Source: an uncultured Eubacteriales bacterium
GTDB taxonomy: Bacteria; Bacillota; Clostridia; Lachnospirales; Lachnospiraceae
Length of the DNA stretch: 64,000 nt
Direction of reading: 5' to 3'
Assembly (NCBI GenBank): GCA_900314565.1
Contig: OMVU01000006.1
Span: 66,074 to 130,073 of the forward strand
Of the stretch, positions 28,060-34,338 are shown one piece after another. Position 1 is the first letter of the stretch. The number at the start of each line of letters is the position of its first letter. Both the position numbers and the translations under genes were made by a program. The notes beneath the pieces were generated by a model that saw nothing but the letters and a program-made list of their open reading frames with translations, searched no databases and had not been told where the DNA came from.

Positions 28060-29511
28060 TCAGACTGACTCGAACTCCCACCGTCTGATCTTTCCCGTCG
28101 CGGTCCTCGGAAGAGGTGTCTCCGCGTACAGAATGTAGTGAATATGCTGCCCGCGCGCAAGCGACTCGTTGAACTTGTCGAGGACCATGCGGTCGTGCTC
28201 CCTGATCTCTCCGGAATCTTCCTTACGATCCTTCGTCCCGACGACAAGGACCGGGAAGCCGTTCCGCAGGATGAGGGCAAGATCGTCCGTGCCGAGATCC
28301 TGCGCAAGTTTTCCCTCACATTCCGGCCGGTAGATCTTCGTCCCGTCCGAGAGGACGAGCATATCCTTCTTTCGGCCGGTCAGATGCAGATATCCGCGCT
28401 CGTCGAGAAAACCGAGGTCTCCCGTATAGAGCCGGCCGTCGATCGCAGGGTTCGAGACCTTTGCCTGAACGCCCGGTCTCGCCGTGGAAAAATCAATATA
28501 TCCCTTCATGAGACAGGGCGTTTTGACGCTCACTTCCCCGTCTTCCTCGATCCGTATATCCGCATCCGGGCAGGGAGCAAGCGCATAGGGATCCTCGAGG
28601 TCCTGCGTGATCGCGACGCCGCTTGAAGTCTCGGTCAGTCCGTAGCCCAGATAGACTTTAAGACCGGCCGCTTTGAGAGCACCTGTCACCTCCTGAGAGA
28701 GGGGAGCCGCGCCGATGAGGACCACTCTGAGCTCTTTGTTCAGGACCTGCTTGCGGTACAGGATCTCCATGAGCGAGGGGACGGCGGGAAGGATCGTCGG
28801 ATTGAAATATTTACAGTCGTCGAACATGTGGCGGACGCCCCGTCCAAGCGCGATCGCTGCCCCGTAGGCCAGTCCCCAGAGCATCGAGCACACAAAGCCG
28901 AAGACGTGGGAGAGAGGCAGCAGTGAGAGGATCACATCCCCCTCTCCGCAGGGGAGCATGGACTGTCCGGACCATGCGCTGAGACAGAGATTCCGGGTCG
29001 AAAGCACGACTGCCTTGGACTGGCTTGTCGTCCCTGACGTAAAGAAGATCAGGCGGCCTTCCCGTCCTTTCTTCGCGAACGGATCCGGGACTGCACCCGG
29101 GACAGGCTCCGCGTCCGGGTTCGGCGGAGCGGCCGGTATTCCGAGATGACTGCGGACAGCCTGCTCGAGGTCGCTGTCGCTTGCGTAGACGGAATCAGCA
29201 CCGCAGACGGATGCGAGATAAAAAAGCATCTCTTCCGAGAGAGCCTCATCCGTGAGGACCACATCACAGCCGGCACGCGCGCAGGCGAACAGGCGGATGA
29301 CCGTCTCCGGCCTGTGGTCGGTGATCATGAATTCACGCCGGATACCGGCGTCTTTTATTTTCCGGGAGAGCTCGAGGATCTGTTCGTTCAGATAGCTGTA
29401 CGACATTCTGACCGGTTCGTGACCATCGTCACCGCCGCTGTAGATCAGGGCGGGGTGAAAATTGTCTTTCCACGGTTCCATCAGTTCCCGGAAAGTTAAA
29501 TATTTATGCAT
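28060..29511 (-). CDS. AMP-binding (ANL) acyl-CoA/acyl-ACP synthetase
   Basis: FTSGTTSQSKAV, GYGLTET, YTGDLG, GRKKD and TGKIRR motifs. Confidence 0.88.
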   Translation of the reverse strand: MHKYLTFRELMEPWKDNFHPALIYSGGDDGHEPVRMSYSYLNEQILELSRKIKDAGIRREFMITDHRPETVIRLFACARAGCDVVLTDEALSEEMLFYLASVCGADSVYASDSDLEQAVRSHLGIPAAPPNPDAEPVPGAVPDPFAKKGREGRLIFFTSGTTSQSKAVVLSTRNLCLSAWSGQSMLPCGEGDVILSLLPLSHVFGFVCSMLWGLAYGAAIALGRGVRHMFDDCKYFNPTILPAVPSLMEILYRKQVLNKELRVVLIGAAPLSQEVTGALKAAGLKVYLGYGLTETSSGVAITQDLEDPYALAPCPDADIRIEEDGEVSVKTPCLMKGYIDFSTARPGVQAKVSNPAIDGRLYTGDLGFLDERGYLHLTGRKKDMLVLSDGTKIYRPECEGKLAQDLGTDDLALILRNGFPVLVVGTKDRKEDSGEIREHDRMVLDKFNESLARGQHIHYILYAETPLPRTATGKIRRWEFESV

Positions 29512-29527
29512 AAAAAACCTCCGAATA

Positions 29528-29556
29528 TTGCAGAAATCTTGTCACAATTATATAAT
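29528..29556 (+). promoter_or_regulatory. Putative sigma-A promoter for the PAI-like gene
   Basis: TTGCAG-17 nt-TATAAT. Confidence 0.65.
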
Positions 29557-29604
29557 GGAGAGGAAGAGTTTCCAATACTCATATTTATTAAAAATGTGAG
29601 AATG

Positions 29605-29790
29605 ATATATCTCAGTGTGAGATGACCCCCGCCTTTATAGGCGGGGGCAACAAACCATTCTCAGTGGCGGGTGTCAATCCCCCACTGAGATATACGCTCC
29701 GCGAGGATGCGCAGGGATTCGTTTTGGTATTATGTCAGCTGACGCTGACACGAATCCCGCGCCAAGTCTCGCGAGCGAGACTTGAAAAAA
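29605..29790 (+). repeat. Repeat family A (multi-hairpin, ~185 bp) copy 1
   Basis: Near-identical to 51377-51560; five hairpins, ending CAAGTCTCGC-GA-GCGAGACTTG-AAAAAA. Confidence 0.9.
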
Positions 29791-29801
29791 AGGAGCAGAA
29801 A

Positions 29802-31160
29802 ATGGCTAATCTGAACGAAAAAATCTGTATCATCGGCGGTGGTCCGGCAGGCCTTTCCGCGGCCATGTATCTTGAGCAGAAGGGCTATACCAACTACGCG
29901 ATCCTTGAAAAAGAAGATCATGTAGGCGGAAAATGCCACTCCCCGCATTACAACGGAAGAAGATATGAGATGGGCGCGATCATGGGTGTTCCTTCGTACT
30001 ATGCAGTGCATGATGTCGAGGAATTCTGCGGAATTACGCACGACGGACCGAAGCTGAACCGGAACTACAAGAACGGCAAGGGTCAGGTCATTGATCCGTT
30101 CAATCCGAAGAAGAACCCGCTCAAGATCCCGGAGCTCATGAAGATGAAAAAGCAGCTGAAGAAGCTGGGCGAACTCCTTGAGACGAAGTATAAGGGATAC
30201 GACGTCAACGGACACCGCGGCGTAGCGGAAGGACGCTATGACGGCTATGCGGTCACACCGGGCCGTGAGAAAATTTCCGGCGTGAACCCGAACCTGAAGG
30301 ATCTGGCGATGCCGTTCAAGGACTTCTGCGAAATGAACGGCGTTGAGCTCATCCAGAATATCTGGATCGGCCCGTTCACCTCATTCGGTTACGGATATTT
30401 TGATGAGATCCCGGCAGCGTATGTTCTGAAGTATCTTGACTTCCAGACGACCATGAACTTCGTCAAGGTCAATCTGTGGACCTGGAAGGAAGGAACACAG
30501 TACATCTGGGAACAGCTCAACGAGCACCTTGCACATCAGGCGAGACTCAACAGCGACATTACTTCTGTCGAGCGGAAGGACGGAAAGGTCTATGTGACCG
30601 TCAACGGCGAAGTCGAGGAATTCGACAAGGTCATCATCACAGCGCCGCTGCAGTTCATGCCGAAGTATTTCGATGCAACGGAAGAGGAGAAGGAACTCTT
30701 CTCGAAGATCGACTATGAGAGATATGACGTCCTCGCAGTCGAGACAGAGCCCCAGAATCATCCGGAGATCTCCTACTACATTTTCGACAATATGACCCCG
30801 GATCGGTACGGCCACCTGATGGTCTATTATCGCCGCTGGAAAGACGATATCAACCAGGTCATCACGACCTATGCACTGCGCAATCACCGCGGTGACCGCA
30901 GGATCTCAGTGAACGGCTGCCGCCGCAACGTGCTGAAGGACCTTGAGAAGATGGGCAACCCGGCATCTGAGGTCGTCAATGAGAAATCCTGGTACTACTT
31001 CCCGCACGTATTCTCCGAGGATTACGCGGCCGGCTGGTATGACAAGGTCGAGGCTATGCAGGGAACGAACGGAACGTACTATGCAGGCGAGATCATGTCG
31101 TTCGGTGATATGGATGAGACGGCCGAGTATTCCAGAGAACTTGTAGACAGATTCTTCTGA
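29802..31160 (+). CDS. Polyunsaturated fatty acid (linoleate) isomerase homologue, PAI family FAD enzyme
   Basis: AGGAG RBS before ATG 29802; 452 aa. Long near-identical stretches to the recalled C. acnes PAI sequence: HVGGKCHSP.Y.GRRYEMGAIMGVPSY, FGYG.FD..PAAYVLKYLDF, GH.MVYY.RW, WYYFPHV.SEDY.AGWY.KVE.MQG and YAGEIMSFG. Confidence 0.88.
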   Translation: MANLNEKICIIGGGPAGLSAAMYLEQKGYTNYAILEKEDHVGGKCHSPHYNGRRYEMGAIMGVPSYYAVHDVEEFCGITHDGPKLNRNYKNGKGQVIDPFNPKKNPLKIPELMKMKKQLKKLGELLETKYKGYDVNGHRGVAEGRYDGYAVTPGREKISGVNPNLKDLAMPFKDFCEMNGVELIQNIWIGPFTSFGYGYFDEIPAAYVLKYLDFQTTMNFVKVNLWTWKEGTQYIWEQLNEHLAHQARLNSDITSVERKDGKVYVTVNGEVEEFDKVIITAPLQFMPKYFDATEEEKELFSKIDYERYDVLAVETEPQNHPEISYYIFDNMTPDRYGHLMVYYRRWKDDINQVITTYALRNHRGDRRISVNGCRRNVLKDLEKMGNPASEVVNEKSWYYFPHVFSEDYAAGWYDKVEAMQGTNGTYYAGEIMSFGDMDETAEYSRELVDRFF

Positions 31161-31189
31161 TCGGAATAAGACGGCAGATCGTGCCGAAT

Positions 31190-31242
31190 ATGCGGCGGCG
31201 GCCTTCGGGTGCGCCGCCGCTTGTATACGTGAACCTTTTTGT
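31190..31242 (+). terminator. GC-rich hairpin after the PAI-like gene
   Basis: GCGGCGGCG...CGCCGCCGC stem; the T run is displaced by about 14 nt, so termination is uncertain. Confidence 0.4.
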
Positions 31243-31275
31243 GTGTATTATTTACGTGAGATTTTTTAGTAACTA

Positions 31276-31328
31276 AAACTTCACACATGTATTAACATGA
31301 CTGCGACCGGGAATAAATAATTTCCAAA
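31276..31328 (+). repeat. Repeat family B, left-arm fragment
   Basis: ATTAAC(A)TGACTGCGACCGGGAATAAATAATTTCCAAA shared with 5375 and 52394. Confidence 0.85.
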
Positions 31329-31350
31329 CTCACTAAACCTTATTTGCGAG

Positions 31351-32940
31351 GTGAAAAACATGAACTTTTACAAAGACCACTATGATGTCATCATCATGGG
31401 CGCGGGTCTTGCGGGACTCTCCTGTGCGCTGCAGCTGCAGTCGAGAGGAATCAAGGATATCCTGATCCTCGAAAAGCACAACCTGCCCGGCGGCCTCGCC
31501 ACGAGCTATGTCCGGAACGGGATCGAGATCGAGGCTACACTGCATGAGATGATGAGTATCGGAACGAAGGAGGACCGCCTGAAGGTCGGCGCGTTCTTCG
31601 ACGATATGGGTGTCGACATTGACTGGCTGCCCGTACCGGAGGCCTACCGTTTCCTGCAGACGACGGACGGCATCGACATCACCCTGCACGCGGGCTACCG
31701 CAGGATGGCGGATGAGATCGACGCGCAGTTCCCGGGCTGGGGAGACAAAGTCTACGAATTTATGCTGCTCATGAGAAGGGTCTACGACTCCATGAACATC
31801 CTCTCCGTGACGCCGATGAGCAAGCCGGAGATGCTCCTGAAGCACCCGGATTTCGTGAAAACGGTCGGGTACTCCGCGGAACAGGTCATGTCGACCTTTG
31901 AATTCCCGGACGAGATCGAGCAGATCCTCACACCCTACTGGATCTATGTCGGGAATCCGATGAATACCCTTCCCTTTACGATCTACGCATTCCTGATGGC
32001 GGACTACTTCTGCGGAAGCTATGTCGCGCACGGCCTTTCCCACGAGATGAGCATGAAGCTCGAGAAGAAGGCCGAGGAGAACGGAGCGCAGATCGAATTC
32101 CGCCAGGAAGTCGAAAAGATCCTTGTCCATAACGGCAGGGTGACGGGCGTCCGCACGAAGCGCGGCGATGAGATCGCCTGCGACTATGTCGTGAGCGCTG
32201 CCTACCCGAACAAGGTCTACACGCAGATGATCGAACCCCTCTCCGAGGTCCCGGAAGGCGCGATCAAAGCCGTCAATGCGAGAAATCTCAGCGTGTGTCC
32301 GGTCTCCGTCATGATGGTCCTCGACGGATCGCCCGAGGAGCTCGGGATCAGCGATTACAACATTTTCTCCGGCGATACCATGGACACCACGGAGATCTGG
32401 GATAATTATCATACGGCCGGACCGTACACCTATCTCACGTCCATCTGCCTGAACCTTGCAAATCCTGACTGCACGCCGGAGGGCATGTGCCAGTTCTCAA
32501 TCACCGCGCTGCCGCTCGTCGACTCCTTCCTCGACGTGAAGGAGGAGGATTATCCGGCACTCAAGCGAAAACTCGCGGCGGAAATGATCGCAAATTACGA
32601 GAAGAATACCGGCATCAATATCCACGACCACATCGTCGAGATCGAGGTCGAGACGCCGATCACGGTCGCGCATTACGTCGGCGCGTGGAAGGGCAGCATT
32701 TACGGATATGCCCACTGCATGGATGACCACGCGGTCGCCCGCCTCCAGATGAAGGCGGAGGATCATTTTATCAAGGGCCTTGAATTTGCGGGCGCGCACG
32801 GCATGTCCGGAAACGGCATGGGCCCGGCGGTCACCAACGGCCGCGCAGCAGCGAAGGGAATTCTGGAAGCCGAGGCGGCAAAAAACAAAAAGACGCCGGC
32901 TTCCGTCATCAAAAATCTGATCGGAGGTGCCGGAAAATGA
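31351..32940 (+). CDS. CrtI/phytoene desaturase-retinol saturase superfamily FAD oxidoreductase (COG1233)
   Basis: GAGLAGL, EKHNLPGG.ATS, TP.T..HY....KGSIYG and GLEFAGA..MSG.G; GTG 31351 or ATG 31360. Confidence 0.85.
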   Translation: MKNMNFYKDHYDVIIMGAGLAGLSCALQLQSRGIKDILILEKHNLPGGLATSYVRNGIEIEATLHEMMSIGTKEDRLKVGAFFDDMGVDIDWLPVPEAYRFLQTTDGIDITLHAGYRRMADEIDAQFPGWGDKVYEFMLLMRRVYDSMNILSVTPMSKPEMLLKHPDFVKTVGYSAEQVMSTFEFPDEIEQILTPYWIYVGNPMNTLPFTIYAFLMADYFCGSYVAHGLSHEMSMKLEKKAEENGAQIEFRQEVEKILVHNGRVTGVRTKRGDEIACDYVVSAAYPNKVYTQMIEPLSEVPEGAIKAVNARNLSVCPVSVMMVLDGSPEELGISDYNIFSGDTMDTTEIWDNYHTAGPYTYLTSICLNLANPDCTPEGMCQFSITALPLVDSFLDVKEEDYPALKRKLAAEMIANYEKNTGINIHDHIVEIEVETPITVAHYVGAWKGSIYGYAHCMDDHAVARLQMKAEDHFIKGLEFAGAHGMSGNGMGPAVTNGRAAAKGILEAEAAKNKKTPASVIKNLIGGAGK

Positions 32941-34118
32941 AAATAGACAGCTTCCTGAAAGACGTCGGCGGAGCCTCCAGAGTCACGAAGGCGCGCCGCA
33001 TGAGCTATAAGAACGCGAGTGCCATACCGCAGCCGAAGGATCCGATCCGTGAACTCGCTGACCTTCTGCATCCGGATAAGATGCGCTTTGTCGTCACGGA
33101 GGTGAGAGATGCCTCCCCGACCTCGAAGACCTTCCGTCTCGAGTCGGTCGACGGCCATATCCCGGTCTTCCAGTGCGGTCAGTACGTCAATTTCAATCTG
33201 AAGATCGGCGAAAGCGTCCTGAACAGGCCGTATTCCATCTCCTCGGCACCTTTTGAGGCGAGAGGGGAGAAACCCTTCATCGAGGTCACGATCCGGCGGA
33301 ACCGCCCGTATTTCGTGCCGGACTATTTCTTTGAAAATGTAACGGAAGGGACTCTGCTCGACGGCTCGATGCCTTTCGGGACATTTTACTATGAGCCGCT
33401 CAGGGATTCCAAAAATGTCGTCGCCCTCGCAGGCGGCAGCGGCATCACACCGTTCGTCTCGATGGCGAAGGAGATCGCCGCAGGATATCTTGATACGGAC
33501 CTCACGATCCTCTACGGATCCGTTCATCACAGCGATATCGTCTGCGGAGACGAACTTGCCAGGGCTGCAGCGGCCTGCCCGCGCGTCCGCGTCGTCAACG
33601 TAATGTCGGACGATCCGGAGTGGGAAGGCGAGAAGGGCTTTGTCACGAAGGAAATCATTGAGAAGTATTCCGGGGAGGATCCGACCTATATGTTCTGCGG
33701 TCCGCTCCCGATGTACAATTTTGTATCAAAAGTTCTCGGAGAGCTGGGCGTTCCGGTCCGCCGCTTCCGTAAGGATGTCCTCGGACAGCCGGCTGACATC
33801 AGCGCACTGCCCGGATATCCGGCGGAAAGCGTCGGAAAGACGTATCAGATCACGGTCGTCCGCGGTGTGCGCGAGGATGTTATTCCGGCAAGTGCGTCCG
33901 AGCCTGTAGCCGTCGCGCTGGAGAGAGCCGGGATCCCGGTCGACGCCCACTGCAGGGGCGGAGAATGCGGCTTCTGCAGGAGTCAGCTCCTCTCCGGCGA
34001 GATCTTCGTGAATCCGGTCGGGGACGGACGGCGTGCGATGGACAGGGAGATGGGCTGGTTCCATGCCTGCTCCTCCTATCCGCTGACGGACCTGAAAATC
34101 AAGATCCCGATCCTGTGA
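32937..34118 (+). CDS. FNR-type NAD(P)H:flavin reductase with C-terminal [2Fe-2S] ferredoxin
   Basis: RPYSISS (FAD), AGGSGITP (NAD), FCGP and CRGGECGFC..C cluster ligands; ATGA overlap with the upstream gene. Confidence 0.88.
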   Translation: MKIDSFLKDVGGASRVTKARRMSYKNASAIPQPKDPIRELADLLHPDKMRFVVTEVRDASPTSKTFRLESVDGHIPVFQCGQYVNFNLKIGESVLNRPYSISSAPFEARGEKPFIEVTIRRNRPYFVPDYFFENVTEGTLLDGSMPFGTFYYEPLRDSKNVVALAGGSGITPFVSMAKEIAAGYLDTDLTILYGSVHHSDIVCGDELARAAAACPRVRVVNVMSDDPEWEGEKGFVTKEIIEKYSGEDPTYMFCGPLPMYNFVSKVLGELGVPVRRFRKDVLGQPADISALPGYPAESVGKTYQITVVRGVREDVIPASASEPVAVALERAGIPVDAHCRGGECGFCRSQLLSGEIFVNPVGDGRRAMDREMGWFHACSSYPLTDLKIKIPIL

Positions 34119-34338
34119 AGACGGACCCGAGGATCAGAATTCTGATCCTGCGCTGACGGACCTGAGGATCAGACTTTCGATTCTTTAACGTGCTGCGGCA
34201 GCCCCGAGGCTGCCGCAGAGCGCGCAGGACGGAGGATCCTTTCATTTACGGTTCAGAAAAAGACGCCTGCAAAACTCTGTGCGATAGAAGAACAGTGTTT
34301 CGCAGGCGCTCTGTGGCTCAGAAAGGTATGCTTAAGAT

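Noticed and set aside
29761-29790. Terminal hairpin of family A as an intrinsic terminator
   Set aside because: It is followed by A6 on + and preceded by T6 on -, so neither strand has hairpin-then-U.
29622-29801. 60-aa N-terminal extension of the PAI-like ORF (and 51389-51577 ORF)
   Set aside because: These translate repeat family A; the RBS and PAI homology begin at 29802.
31351-32940. Carotenoid biosynthesis gene
   Set aside because: No phytoene synthase, GGPP synthase or cyclase in the window; neighbours are fatty-acid and redox genes. Cannot be excluded genome-wide.
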